This document shows positions 51,034-64,000 of a stretch of 64,000 bases of DNA, one piece after another. This DNA comes from Mobula hypostoma (Eukaryota). Both the position numbers and the translations under genes were made by a program. Below the pieces are notes generated by a model that was not told the origin of the DNA, did not search any database, and saw nothing but the letters and a program-made list of their open reading frames with translations. The stretch's first letter is position 1, and each line of letters opens with the position of its first letter. The stretch is from the NCBI RefSeq assembly GCF_963921235.1, contig NC_086109.1, positions 34,474,001-34,538,000 on the forward strand, given 5' to 3'.

Positions 51034-54000
51034 AAAGTGAAAAGAAGGAGTGTAGTGAAACAAGAGGTAGTGAGGGAGCTGAGACAGACTTAGCATTAGC
51101 CAGGAAGGAATTTGTGCAGGCGCAAGAGCGAGACGAGGGGCTGATGGTTTTGGCAGAGACAGCTCTCTCTGACACAGACTTAACAAGGGAACCAGTAGGC
51201 TATTGTGTGGAGGAGGAAGTGCTAAGGAAGAAAGGGAAACCAAGTACCGTACCTGCAGATGAGGAATGGGGGTTGGTGCAAAAGAGTTATGGGGATGAGG
51301 TTTTTAACCTGGCCCACAAGGTACCCCCCGGTGGACATTTTGCGGTACTGGAGGGAACAGTTGGTGGAATCAGGAAAGAGGTTTACCGGCTGCACTGGAG
51401 GAAGGATGTTATTGATTATGGCCGACGCGAACTGAGACGGTCACAGGCTTTTGATATGCTAACAAACCTAGTCGGTGTTAGCGCGGAAATCAATGAAGCT
51501 AGGGTCCCCCTGATAAGAGAAAAAAACCATTTTGAAAAGATGAGTATGGTATCGACCAGATGGGAGAAGGCTATTGTTTTGGCCAGCTCTGCTGATAAGG
51601 TCTCTCCCTTAATCCCCGAACAAAGCAACTCTTTAGGAGAAGTAATTAAATGACTCGCACACGTGTGTTTGATTGTCCCGAGGCGATGCAAAGAACTGGG
51701 ACGTTGGGTGGTGTTTGTTACACTAGGGTAGCCTAGCGAGCAACAGCCCTATAGAATGAGTAATTCAGTGACTAAAGGGCTGACGAACACAGAGGTGTGT
51801 ATTGGTGATATAATACGGCTGTCTGAAGCCAGCTTGATAGTGAACCTTGAAAAAAATGAATTCGGCCACCCGAAGGTCACTTACCTGGGAATTGTGGTGA
51901 CACAGGGGCAGCTGGCAGCGATGCAAGCTACAGTGCAGGCTATCGCTGACCTCCCAACCCCGACAGACAAGAGGGCCCTCAGAAGGCTCTTGGAGATGGT
52001 GGGGTACTGTAGGAAGTTTTGCAATAACTCTGCGGTTACTACCCCTCCCCCTCCTACTAAGCCCTTGCGAGAGAAAACTAAGTCGGAATGGGACGACCCT
52101 TGTTATTGTGGTCCAGGACAAAACCCAATGAGAGGTTACATTGATCGCAATTCATCAGTGTTTTTGGCCACTATGAAGTTTGCTAAGTTGGAGCCTGGTC
52201 TAAGGGATTATTAACAACACATATAAAAGGAACAGAAAATGTGATGGCTGACTGTCTGTCAGGTGTTGACAACTTCAAACTCGCTGTATTAGCCAAATAG
52301 CTGATAAAGATGTATATTTGTGTGTATCAAATAATGTATTCATGTTTGTAATTTTTACCCGATAAAAATCGGTAAAAATCCTTAAAGGGAGGAAGTGTGA
52401 CAAGAATACACATAGATTAAGATGTAGCTGGCACCAGTGGAATCAGCAGTTGGTCTGCCACCCACTTGTCTTCAGGAGAGAGAGAGATAAGGAATACAAT
52501 GGAGCAGCATTTGGAGATGTTAATGAAGGGGAAGGAGAGCTGTCAAGAGCGGCTCCCCCTTTGAACCCTGAACTGTTTGAAGTGATGGACAGGCGATACC
52601 CCAGAAGGGGGATAAAAAGGAACAGGTTTGCTAAGGCAGTACACACACACGACACCCGAGGTAACAAGACCCTGGAAGCAGTGCGTTTCTCACAAGTCGG
52701 TGGGAAGTACCGGGCCATAAACGCACAAGGTGGAAAGGCACGATCGGCGGGAAACTTCTGTGTGTCCACCCTTGCCTGGGTGCCAGGTTCACCGCAGGGA
52801 AACGATCGTATCTGGAAATGGAGGGGTTACGGTCGGTGACCTCAGATGACATCACAAAGGACTCGCCTGAAAGCTGACTGCGAAGGTCTGTGTGGAAGCC
52901 TTGAATATTCATTCGTTTTGCTCTCTCTCTCCTTCCCCCCACTGTCCATCGCCATGGCAGCGATTACTGCAAACTGAACTGAACTAAATTGAACTGAACT
53001 TTGCGTCACTTTGAAACTGGTCACTTACCCCTAGACAACGATAGAGCTTGATTGATCCTGTTATCTTAATTCTGTGTACATGTATGTTTATCATTGCCGA
53101 ACTGTTGCATTTGTTATCCTTTTGATTAGAGTACTATGTTGCTTGTTTCTTTAATAAAACTTTCTTAGTTCTAGTAATCCAGACTCCAACTGAGTGATCC
53201 ATTTCTGCTGGTTTGGCAATCCAGTTACGGGGTACGTAACACACACAACTGACGCTATTTAAAAACTATTCGCTCGAAGCTCAGGGTTGTGTCTGATAGC
53301 CATGTAAGTGCATGTGACTAATGCTAGTTAGAAACTGTTTGGTAACAATCTCCTATCCCCATTAAGAGGCATGGTGTCCCAAATAATCAAAGGATTCCTG
53401 GCTATTTTGTCGATTAGTTTTTCTTCTTTAAGAGTTGTCCCAATAAAGTGCCTACCACGATTAACTGATGGCCCAATGAACCTATCCACTGTATTTTAAT
53501 CAAAATTGAGATGAAGTTAATTGCTGACAAACAGTACTTTTGATATTCAGTCATTTTCACACACCTGCATACGAATTTTAAAATGTGCTTTCATGTTAAA
53601 ATTCACACACGTATACTAACATAACTCATTGTTTATGGTTATGCCTGTCCTTCCATCTGACATGAGGAAATGTGACAAACCTCATTAATACCTCCTCTCA
53701 GGATGCTTTTCCACATCAGTAATGCTGCCAATTTGGTTCAAATCACAGGATTCATACAGCCTAACTACAACTAGCACATGAAGTTGATTGCAAAGTTTGT
53801 GCATTGAGGAGTCTGAGACACTAGTGGTGGCTCCAAATCTATAGATATTAGCTCTCTGCTGGAGGTGCTAAAAGCACAATGTAGTAAGAACATAGCATTG
53901 CCCTCCATTCGGAAACTGAATTCTGCTGAGTTTAATGATCTTGGAGCATAATACATAATACTTGCGATCCCGCCATTCCTCTAATTGTTAAATGAACACA

Positions 54001-54449
54001 AGTGACCTGATACAACTTTCTCCTCATTACGTTCATCAGGTTCATTCTTTTGAATAGTCTTTGTATGCGAACTTGTTTAAAGCTCTGACAATCACACTGG
54101 TAAATGTTCCTAAGAAATCCTCATGGACCCACGCTTTGTTTGGCACTCATTCTCTCTCAATTAAAAGAGTTGTTTTGAAAGCTTAATTCTTTGCTGTATA
54201 GAGTTCACATATTTTACACCAGTGGATGATAACAGAGGAATCATTAATTTACAATGTCGCTGCCGAGGTGTCACTGCTCTACTACGGCCACCATTTCCCT
54301 GAGTTGTTTGAAACCATTTCACAGTGGCCCAGTACCATGCATGTCCTGCCACACTGATTCATGTGTGTATAATCTTGACTATAATGATAGCATCAAAAAG
54401 TACGTGCAAGATTAAGTCGTGTTCCACTTTAGGCCCCTTCACTTTAATC

Positions 54450-54556
54450 CAAATCAGAATCAGAATGAAGTTTAATATCACTGGCATATGTCGTGAAATT
54501 TGTTAACTGTGCAGCAGCAGTACAATGCAATACATGATAATAGAGAAAAAACTGTG

Positions 54557-54600
<44 letters not shown>

Positions 54601-54947
54601 GTGCAAAAAATAGGAAATGAGAAAGTAATGAGGAAGTGTCCATTCAGAAATCTGATGGTAGAGGGGAAGAAGCTGTTCCTGAATCATTGAGTGTGTGCCT
54701 TCAGGCTCCTGTACCTCCTTCCTGATGGTAGCAATGAGAAGAGGACATGTCCTGGGTGATGGGGGTCCTTAATAATGGATGCCACCTTTCTGAAGCATTG
54801 TTCCTTGAAGATGTCCTGGATGCTAGAGAGGCTTCTGCCTACGATGGAGCTGACTACAACTTTCTGCAGCTTACTTCGATCCTGTGCAGTAGCCCGTGCA
54901 TACCAGATGATGATGCAGCCAGCTAGAATGCTTTCCATGGTACATCT
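54450..54947 (-). mobile_element. Rex1/Babar-like LINE 3' fragment containing an (AT)n microsatellite (~54560-54597)
   Basis: ORF ESILAGCIIIWY...LLPSGRRYRSL; aatcagaatcagaat tail. Confidence 0.7.
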
Positions 54948-55652
54948 TTTTGTTAACAGTAGCCACTTTGCTTTACTCTAGTCTTACCTTATTTAAGCAA
55001 AATTTAGTTCAAAGAGTTGTTCAGCTGTAACAGGAGTCACTGCTGTGATTCTGAATACATGTTGACAGACACCAAATAAAGATCAACTCCCTCATCCTGA
55101 GTCAGCTTTGTTTGAATCCTTCAGAGCCAAGGCCAATTAGTAGTTCTTTTCTATGGTCCATCCTTGTCATAATGGAACCCAGTATCTATCCAGGAACCTG
55201 CCTTTTCATGACCTTGTTTTGATTTTAATATCTTAACTCACAAGATGAACAGCTCATCTTGTGACATAATAGATGAGTTTCTTCAGTTTGGTAGTCCGCG
55301 TCTGGTGTTAGCCCTTTAGGAAGATAAAGATTTGTTGCATGGAACTCTGAAACGTACAGTGAAATTTGGTGCTTGAATCAACAAACAACACATTTTGAGG
55401 ATGTGCTTTGGGCACCAAGATAGTAACTTACTAACGCTAACCTGTGCGTCTTTTGGCATGTAAGAGGAAACCAGAGCACCTGTTGGTCACAGAGAAAACA
55501 TGCAGTGATTGGCATTGAACCCTGATCTTCCAAATGCTGGTGCTGTAAAGCATCATGCTGCCAATGCGGTGCATGGGAACAGTGGGCACACTAAAGCACT
55601 TCATTATTTTACTGCTTTTGTTCAATAATGCACTTCATTTTCTTTCCCATAG

Positions 55653-55818
55653 TAAAGGCTCCAATGCTCTGGAGGTGGACGATGAGGGGGGAAAGATGTT
55701 TCTACGAGTGCTCATTCACCTGACGATGCACGATTATCCACCGCTTGTGTCGGGCTCTCTACAGCTACTTTTCAAACACTTCAGCCAAAGGCAAGAGTTG
55801 CTTGCCACGTTCAAACAG
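55653..55818 (+). CDS. ITPR3: ITPR3-like coding exon 8 in window (166 nt, phase 2-0)
   Basis: tcccatag acceptor and gtgagg donor. Encodes [55 protein letters not shown]. Confidence 0.93.
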
Positions 55819-55844
55819 GTGAGGAATGCCATTTGAAGAACAGA

Positions 55845-56440
55845 TACCAAACTTATAATCTTAAGGCATCGGTCAGATTGCATCCGGAATATTGCGAGCA
55901 GTTTTGCACCTCATATCAGAGAAAGGATGTGCTAGTATTGGAGAGAGCCAGAGGATGTTTCAGAATGATCCTGGGACTGTAAAGGTTAACAAATGAGAAG
56001 CATTTGATGGCTCTGGGCCTATTCTCACTAGAGTTTAATAGAATGGGGGGGGGGATCTTATTGACGCCTATCCAATATTAACAAGCCTAGACAGAGCAGA
56101 TGCGCAAAGCATGTTTCCAGTAGTGGGAGAATCTAGGACCAGAGGGCATACCCTCTAAATAGGAGACGTCCGTTTAGAACAGAAATGGGGAGGAATTTCT
56201 TTAGCAGAGGGTGGTGAATCTGTGGAATTCATTGCCACAGATGGCTATAGTGGCCAAATCATTATGTATATTTAAAACGGTGGTTGATAGGTACTTAATT
56301 AGTAAGGGTGTCAATGTTTATAAAGAGAAAGCAGGAGAATAGGGATTGAGAGTGAAAATAAAGCAGCCAAGATTGAATAGTAGAGCAAACTCGATGGGTC
56401 ACGTGACCTAATTCTGCTCCCCTGTCTTCTGGTCTTATGG
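55845..56440 (+). mobile_element. CR1 LINE 3' fragment
   Basis: CR1 RT C-terminus (aggaatttctttagcagagggtggtgaatctgtggaattc) and tcttatgg tail. Confidence 0.75.
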
Positions 56441-56714
56441 TAATGCAGCAGTTCTGGAGTCATAGATATTTAGCCTAAGGTTGCACTGTGTAACTTTCCA
56501 ATCTGAATGGCATTTACTCTAAGTGCACTCCTGTGACAGGAGCAAAGAGCTGTAATTCTTCCCACAGAAGAAGTGGTGGAAGACTTGGTTCCCCTGATTT
56601 TGACATGATAGTTAGTTGTGGTGCAGATGGCAACTGCAGGGAGGCTGGGATCACTATTATCAGTGATATTTCCATAATCAAATCCATTATCTAACTAAAG
56701 GGAAAGATTCAGTA

Positions 56715-57300
56715 CAGTCAACGAGCAGCAAGCAATTTGCTAGAAGTGTTCGTGGGTCTAGCAACAGCTGTGGGAGGGAAGGAATTGTCGATATTTTGGG
56801 TCGATACCCCACGTCATCAGGACTGAGTGGCGAGAGGTGAGGTGGCCAGTGTTAAAAGGACAAAGGGAGTGACAAGAAAGGATTCTAATGTGATTGGTGG
56901 ATTGTGGAGGGGTGTGAGATGACTGGCAGGTAATACAAGTAGGGGAAGTGAAGCAGGGTGGAGTTGGTTGACAGTGGACGTGAATGATCGATTAAGGGAG
57001 AGAGAGAGGGAAAAGGAAAAAGTAGATGGCGCAAGTTGATGGGGGGGCAGTGTGAAAATAGGAGCCATTTACTGGAAGGAGATAAGCAGAAAGGCAACAT
57101 GCTTCTGGTGCTAGATTCTGATAAGTAAGGAGGTGAGAATGGGAACCATTAGGTGAGAGGTGAATGACGTTAGGTTAAGGTTAATGCAAGTGGTGGTGGT
57201 GGATGGAGCCAGGCGGGGAAGGGGTGTGGGGGAAGTGTAAGAAAGGGGAGGGCCAGAGGAGGATAAGAACTGGGGGGTGGGGGGTGGGAGGAGGGTATGC
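56715..57300 (-). mobile_element. Old Penelope-like pseudo-LTR fragment
   Basis: Purine-rich body like 29610-29900; decayed hammerhead (minus strand agtc-CTGATGA...ccc-aaaa-tatc-gac) at ~56786-56824. Confidence 0.45.
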
Positions 57301-59590
57301 AGTCAAGGACCTATTTACGGGATCTATTCCTTGGAGTTAAATGAAGGCAAAACTGGAGTAGTGTAGGTGGGTTATGGAGCCTGGTGTAAGATTTCCGTTC
57401 TCCCAGTCTATAGCAGGACATAAAATTCCTTTATAAAATTTACCATATAAGGCTTCCTTTTATACAAACTCCTTCATGAATAAGATTGGCCTAGTAAAGT
57501 TACCACTGCTTTAATTTTCAAGCACGCCAATTAAAATTGCGAATGTTGTCCTGTGGGCTTTGAACAAGAACTATCTGTATAGTTCAACTGGATCCAGCAG
57601 GTGGAGTTAAAACAGAGGCTTGTAAATTGAAAGCTACAAACAACATTGTAAAGAAACAGCGTAGGAACAGGACCTTCAGTCCAATATGTCTGTGCCCTCC
57701 ACAATGCCCAATTAAATTAATCACATCAGTCAGCAAAAAGCCTATATCCCTTTATTCTGTGTCTGTTTGCATCTCTGCCTTTTGTACATTGCTACCGTAT
57801 CGACCACCCCCTATAGCAAATCGTTGCTGGTACCCAGCACACTCTGTAAAAATAATAACTTGCCTCGCAAATCTCTTAAACTTTGCTCACTTTTAACCTA
57901 TGTCATTTCCATCCTGGGGATAAAAATGGCCTCACGTTTGTAAAGAAAGAAACTGGAGGTTAGGTTTCAAGAGAAGTGGGAATATGTCAATGACAAACAC
58001 AGGTGTATGTTGAGGAAAAAGAGCTAAAATTTAGATATTCCCTTCACATATCAATGATAAAGAAGCCTTCTCATTTTTATCACAAAGGTGGCACAGAGAT
58101 TAGATCTTTCAAATTAACATTAACTTTCAGTATTATTTTCATTATTATGGATGTTGCAATGGCGTCCTGCTAATTCTTGCCACTCAGAATCCACGATTGT
58201 ATAATCCTTTTCTGTCAGTCTTAATAATGGTTAGTCATTGTACTGCTGAATGGCATGTCTCGTCAATACGGCTAACGTGGATTTAAATTCAGATTAATGA
58301 AAAGAACTTCTGTTTTATTACATATTTTCATCTGCTATGTTAATGTATCATGTGTTGTCAATATATATGAAAGCTATTTCCTTTTTCTCCATCATCTCTT
58401 CACATCAGTTTAATAGAGGTAATTATGGGAAATGGATTAATTTATATGTTCTTCATCCTGCTAGTTAATTTCCAGTTTAGAAACTTCCACAAATCATTAC
58501 AATTTAATGTTTAAAAAATGCAATTGCCAGAGAATTCTGAATGCGAACTTGTAATTTTCATATTACAGGATGTTTTAAGCCAGTTTTACATTGGTATTTC
58601 ATTAATGGCAATGTTCACTTGCATCTCAATTAATTTAGAAATGGAGTGGGAAAAGTAGCAGAGGCATTTTGGCTAGTATTCCTTTCATAACAATTTAATT
58701 CTTTTGAAGTATTTTGGCTGTATTTTTAAACTAGCTCCCGTAGTTTAATTCTATCTCATGCATTACGACTTCCTTCATCTTTTAAAGTGTTTCCCCTTTT
58801 TATATGTGGATAACCTATTGGTCATTTCTCTGGTGGTTAAAAATGGATAATTATGTTTGGTAACCACTATTAACTCTGCTATAGATCTTTAGATTTCACT
58901 TCAGAAGTTAAAGAACAGATTTTTAAATAGCATTAGCTGAGATATTGCTTCCTAGTTTATTGCGTTCCAAGATATCAAGGAAATGATATAAGAATGCACA
59001 GTGCATCTTTGAAACAATGAAGTTATGTGTTTATCTGGAATGTCTTTAAACCAATTTACCATACAGCAGAATATGAGTTGATACTTAATACCAATATATT
59101 ATATTATTGGTAATTTCCATGTATATCATCTTTGTTTTTATCAATACCAATTTTATCAAGTGGCATTATTTCTCCACCCTCTATTTTCCTGTGATATTTC
59201 TCATCAGTTGTGCTATTCTCTGATGCCTCAGATCAATAAACAAGTTTAACCTCTTAAATATCCTTTCACTTCTTGCTGTGTAGGATTCTTTCACATATTG
59301 ACGGTTGGATTAAAAGTAATTTGCTTCCAAACTGATCACAAGCATGGCTCAAGGATATGAAGCCACTTCCATGTTCAAAAAATGTTTTCATACATTTCCT
59401 GGATCTAAAAGATGGATACTAACTAAAGCCTTCCTAGTTGGGATTTCTTTGACACAATCAAAGTAGGCCAGGAAATGAAAAGTAATTCACAGCATTCTTG
59501 CATCACTCACAACTCATTCCCTTCACTATGAAACAGCATTTTATAACTTGATTGAGTGAAAATAATGTTTTTATTCTTTTCCCCTGTTAG

Positions 59591-59740
59591 GTCCAACTTC
59601 TTATATCTCCTCAAGATGTGGAGAACTATAAATTGATCAAATCTGATTTGGATCGTCTACGTACAGTGGTGGAAAAGTCAGAGCTGTGGGTGTTGAAGAA
59701 AAACAGAGTTGGAGCTGAAGGCAAAAAGCCTAAATTAGAG
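59591..59740 (+). CDS. ITPR3: ITPR3-like coding exon 9 in window (150 nt, phase 0-0)
   Basis: ctgttag acceptor and gtaact donor. Encodes [50 protein letters not shown]. Confidence 0.92.
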
Positions 59741-60089
59741 GTAACTTCCCTACATACTATCTACTTAAGTGAAAAGTTCCTTTGTGAATGTTCTTTCCAT
59801 GAGCTTGAATGAGGGCTGTCCAAACGATCCCTGACTGAGAAGCACACTTGTTTGCTCTCCATTCATGATCCAAAACCTTCAGCGTCTCCCCAGTACATAA
59901 CATCTACAAAATGCACTGCAACAACTCACTGTGGCCTGTTGGATAGCACCACAAATCTCTGTTGGTTAGAAGAACGAGGAAGCAGAAATGTGGAAGTGAT
60001 ACTGTTTGCAAGATTTCTCCACATCACGCATGCCTCAATATAGGCAGAAAATGGAAACTTTCTAGTCCATGCAGCATCCTGGTAAATCT

Positions 60090-61020
60090 CCTCGGCTCTG
60101 CCTCTAGAGCATGTCTTAAGAGGATAGATTGAGTGAGCAAGGGTTTTTCTGTTTGGGGTGATGAGAGGTGACTTGATAAAGGTGTACAATAAGATAAGAG
60201 GTATAGATTGAGTGGATTATCAGAGATTTTTACCAGGACAGGAATGGTTAGTACAAGGGAGCATAGTTTTAAGGTGATTGGAGGAAAGTATTGGGGGATT
60301 TCTGAGTTATGTGTTTTAAACAGAGAGTAGTGGGTGTGGGGAATGCTCTGCCAGGGATAGTGGCAGAGGCAGATACATTTGGGGCATTTAAGAGTCTCTT
60401 ACTCAGGCACATAGGTGATAGATGTATGGAGGGCTATGGAGCAGAGAAGGGTTAGATTAATCTTAGAGTAGATTGGACTTAGATTAATCTTAAGAGTAGT
60501 AGGCAGCATGGTAGCATAGAGGTTAGCACAAAGCTTTACAGTACAGGTGACCCAGGTTCAATTCCCACCACTGCCTATAAGGAGTTTGTACATCTACCTA
60601 CCAAATGTTGAAAGATAGTGTGGATGCAGAGGGGATGTTCCCTGTGGTGGGAGTATCTAGGTCTAGAGGGCACAGCCTCTAAATAGAGAGGTGACCTTTT
60701 AGAACAGAGGCAAGGAGCACTTTTTTAGCCAGAGAGTAGTGAATCTGTGGAATGCTCTGCCACAGACTGTGGTGGAGGTCAAGTCCATGGGTATATTTAA
60801 GGTGGAAGTTGATAGCTTCCTGACCGGTCGGGACATCAAATGATATAGCGAGAAGGCAGATATGCAGGGTTGAGTGGGATCCAGGATCAGCCAAGATGGG
60901 ATGGAGCACTCGATGGGCTGAATGGCCTAATTCTGATCCTATGTCTTATGGTCTAAAAGGGTGACACAACATCATGGGCTGAAGGGCCAGTGCTGGTCTG
61001 TAATATTCTATGTTCTATAT
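60090..61020 (+). mobile_element. Nested CR1 3' fragments and SINE
   Basis: Two CR1 tails (ttttagccagagagtagtgaatctgtggaat; ttctatgttctat) with a SINE head at ~60500. Confidence 0.65.
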
Positions 61021-61299
61021 TTCTGAGTTTATAAAAATATCACCAGTACTTCACCATCATTGCATTTTAAATCCTGGAATTCTGTACCACTGACAAAGCA
61101 GGACTACCTTTAAAGGGCTGTAATGGATCATGGCAAGTTACCACTATCTTTGTAAAAGCACTTTTCCTGGGCTTGACAGTTGTCCTTGCATCCCGGAGAC
61201 AGTCTCTGTGCATCTATTAATTGCTTGTGCACTCACAACTTGATTTTAAAATTTAGATTAGTATTTTCTATCTTACACTTGGTCTCTCTCTTCTCCCAT

Positions 61300-63730
61300 C
61301 ATTCATGAGGAGGAAGGGGAAAACAGAAATAAATCTAAGATAATGAGCAGTAAAGATGTCAGGAAAGACAGGCAGGAGATGGGGCAAATTTGTAGCCATT
61401 GGGATGAGATGCAGTGCAATAAAGTTGCAGTGCAATCAAAGCAAAAAGTACCAAATACTGGTCTTAAGGTGTTATACTTAAATGCATGCAGCATAAGGAA
61501 TAAGGTGAATGATCTTGTCATACAGCTACAGATTGGCAGCTATGATATTGTGGCCATCACTGAGACATGGCTAAAGGATGCATGTCTCTAGGAGCTGAAC
61601 GTCCAAGGATACAGGGTGTATCGGAAGGACAGGAAGGTAGGCAGAGGGGGTGGCGTGGCTTTATTGGTAAGAAATTATATCAAATCAATAGAAAGCGGTG
61701 ACATAGGATCGGAAGGTGCAGAATCTTATGGGTTGAGCTAAGAAATCGCAGAGGTAAAAGGACCCTGATGGGAGTTATATACAGGCCTCCAAACAGCTGC
61801 AGTGATGTGGACTACAAATTACAACTGGAAATAGAAAAGGCTTGTCAGAAGGGCAGTATTATGATAATTGTGGGGGATTTTAACATGCGAGTGGATTGGG
61901 AAAATCAGATTGGCACTGGATCTCAAGAGAGAGAATTTGCAGAATGTCTGTGAGATGGCTTTTTAGAACAGCTTGTTGTTGAGCCCACTAGGGGATCGGC
62001 TGTACTGGATTGGGTATTTTGCATCAGTCTTCACTGAGGAAGACATCAGTAGTATACCGGACGCTCAAAGGTGGCAGGGAAGAGAAGTGTGCGCAGTCAC
62101 AATTACAACAGAGAAAGTACTCAGGAAGCTGAATAGTCAAAAGGTAGATAAATCTCCTGGACCAGATGGAATGCACCCTTGTGTTCTGAAGGAAGTAGCT
62201 GTGGAGATTGCAGAGGCATTAGCGATGATCTTTCAAAAGTCGATGGATTCTGGCATGGTTCCGGAGGACTGGAAGATTGCAAATGTCACTCCACTATTTA
62301 AGAAGGGGGCAAGGAAGCAAAAAGGAAATTATAGACCTGTTAGTTTGACATCAGTGGTTGGGAAGTTGTTGGAGTCAATTGTCAAGGAAGAGGTTATAGA
62401 GTACCTGGAGGCATATGACAAGATAGGCAGAACTCAGCATGGTTTTCTTAAAGGAAAATCCTGCCTGACAAACCTATTATAATTTTTTGAGGAAATTACA
62501 AGTAGGCTAGACAAGGGAGATGCAGTGGATGTTGTATATTTGGATTTTCAGAGGGCCTTTGACAAGGTGCCACACATGAGGCTACTTAACAAGATAAGAG
62601 CCCATGGAATTACGGGAAAGTTACATATGTGGATAGGGCGTTGGCTGATTGGCAGGAAACAGAGAGTGGGAATAAAGGGATCCTATTCTGGTTGGCTGCC
62701 GGTTACCAGTGGTGTTCCACAGGGATCAGTGTTGGGGCCGTTTCTTTTTACATTGTACATCAACGATCTGGATTATGGAATAGATGGCTTTGTGGCTAAG
62801 TTTGTTGATGATATGAAGGTAGGTGGAGGGGCTGGCAGTGCTGAGGAAACAGAGTCTGCAGAGAGACTTGGATAGATTAGAAGAATGGGCAAAGAAGTGG
62901 CAAATGAAATAAAATGTTGGAAAGTGTATGGTTATGCACTTTGGCAGAAGAAATAAACGGGCAGACTATTATTTAAATGGGGAGAGAATTCAAAGTTCTG
63001 AGATGCAGCGGGACTTGGGAGTCCTCGTGCAGGATACCCTTAAGGTTAACCTCCAGATTGAGTTGATGGTGAAGAAGGCGAATGCAATGTTGGCATTCAT
63101 TTCTAGAGGAATAAAGTATAGGAGCAGGGATGTGATGTTAGGCTCTATAAGGCGCTGGTGAGACCTCACTTGGAGTATTGTGGGCAGTTTTGGTCTCCCT
63201 ATTTAAGAAAGGATTGCTGATCTTGGAGAGAGTACAGAGACGAGTCACTAGAATGATTCCGGGAATGAGAGGGTTAACATATAAGGAACATTTGTCTGCT
63301 CTTGGACTGTATTCCTTGGAGTTTAGAAGAATGAGGGGGGACCTCATAGAAACATTTTGAATGTTGAAAGGCATGGACAGAGTGGATGTGGCAAAGTTGT
63401 TTCCCATGATGGGGGAGTCTAGTACGAGAGGGCATGACTTAAGGATTGAAGGGCAATGAACAGAGATGCAAGGAAATTTTTTTAGCCAGAGGGTGGTGAA
63501 TCTATGGAATTTGTTGCTACGGGCGGCAGTGGAGCCCAAGTCATTGAGTGTATTTAAGGCAGAGATTGATAGGTATCTGAGTAGCCAGGGCATCAAAGGT
63601 TATGGTGAGAAGACGGGGGAGTGGAACTAAATGGGAGAATGGATCAGCTCATGATAAAATGGCAGAGCAAACTCGATGGGCCGAATGGCCGACTTCTGCT
63701 GCTTTGTCTTATGGTCTTATGGTCTTATGA
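61300..63730 (+). mobile_element. CR1 LINE ORF2 with internal deletion near 62014
   Basis: LNACSIRNK, ITETW, GDFN, then a jump to YFASVFT; PGPDG, YRPVSLT, YLDFQRAFD, GVPQGSVLGP; (tcttatgg)n tail at ~63707-63729. Confidence 0.9.
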
Positions 63731-64000
63731 CATCATCAAGCTCTACAATCATCTTTTCACTCAGATCAGGTCTCTTGCACTTTCCAGTTTTGAACTTGTT
63801 GCTCATAGATGGCCATCCCTTCAGTAGCCAAAGTCCGAATTGAAAAACATCCCTCAATCACATCTCTTCACCATGCTATTTTGCTTTACCTCCTTGAAGA
63901 TGATCTTTAATTCTTAACTCTTTGACCAGCTATCATTTCGTTTTGTTCCAAATTTTAATAATGAAAGCAGGAATTATCTTTTCAATATTTTCTGTTTCTA

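Larger units (their letters stand above)
48263..53241 (+). mobile_element. Ty3/Gypsy LTR retrotransposon, Gmr1-like, internally deleted pol
   Basis: 846-bp LTRs at 48263-49108 and 52396-53241 (TG...CA); CACA TSD; tRNA-Pro-type PBS tggggttctcgtccgcgat at 49113-49131; PPT aaagggaggaag at 52384-52395. Confidence 0.95.
47325..53492 (-). mobile_element. Tigger/pogo-like DNA transposon relic split by SINE and LTR-element insertions
   Basis: Terminus tacagtggataggttcattggg (rc at 53470-53493); related ggttaattgg sequence at ~47328; transposase C-terminal remnant SSTPIQNCFAHC...DDLE (48030-48212). Confidence 0.55.

Overview
Eukaryotic (vertebrate) genomic DNA. The repeat landscape (abundant CR1 LINEs, V-SINE-like elements, Penelope-derived hairpins) suggests a cartilaginous fish; this is inference. 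The whole window lies inside one large + strand gene, an inositol 1,4,5-trisphosphate receptor most like ITPR3. Nine internal coding exons (10538-59740) have GT-AG boundaries and consistent phases, and splice into one open frame. The introns are packed with mobile elements: many CR1 LINEs (two near full length with SGNH-esterase ORF1), a Penelope-like element (RT + GIY-YIG) with inverted pseudo-LTRs carrying minimal hammerhead ribozyme motifs, and a family of short hairpin insertions derived from the Penelope terminus with 11-17 bp TSDs. They also hold a decayed endogenous retrovirus with a gamma-type env, a Gmr1-like SCAN-gag LTR element nested in a Tigger/pogo relic, two Tc1 transposons, an L1 with TSD, Rex1/Babar-like tails and tRNA-derived SINEs. 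Most listed ORFs are retroelement fragments or their antisense shadows. All family assignments come from motif recognition by eye; no searches were run.
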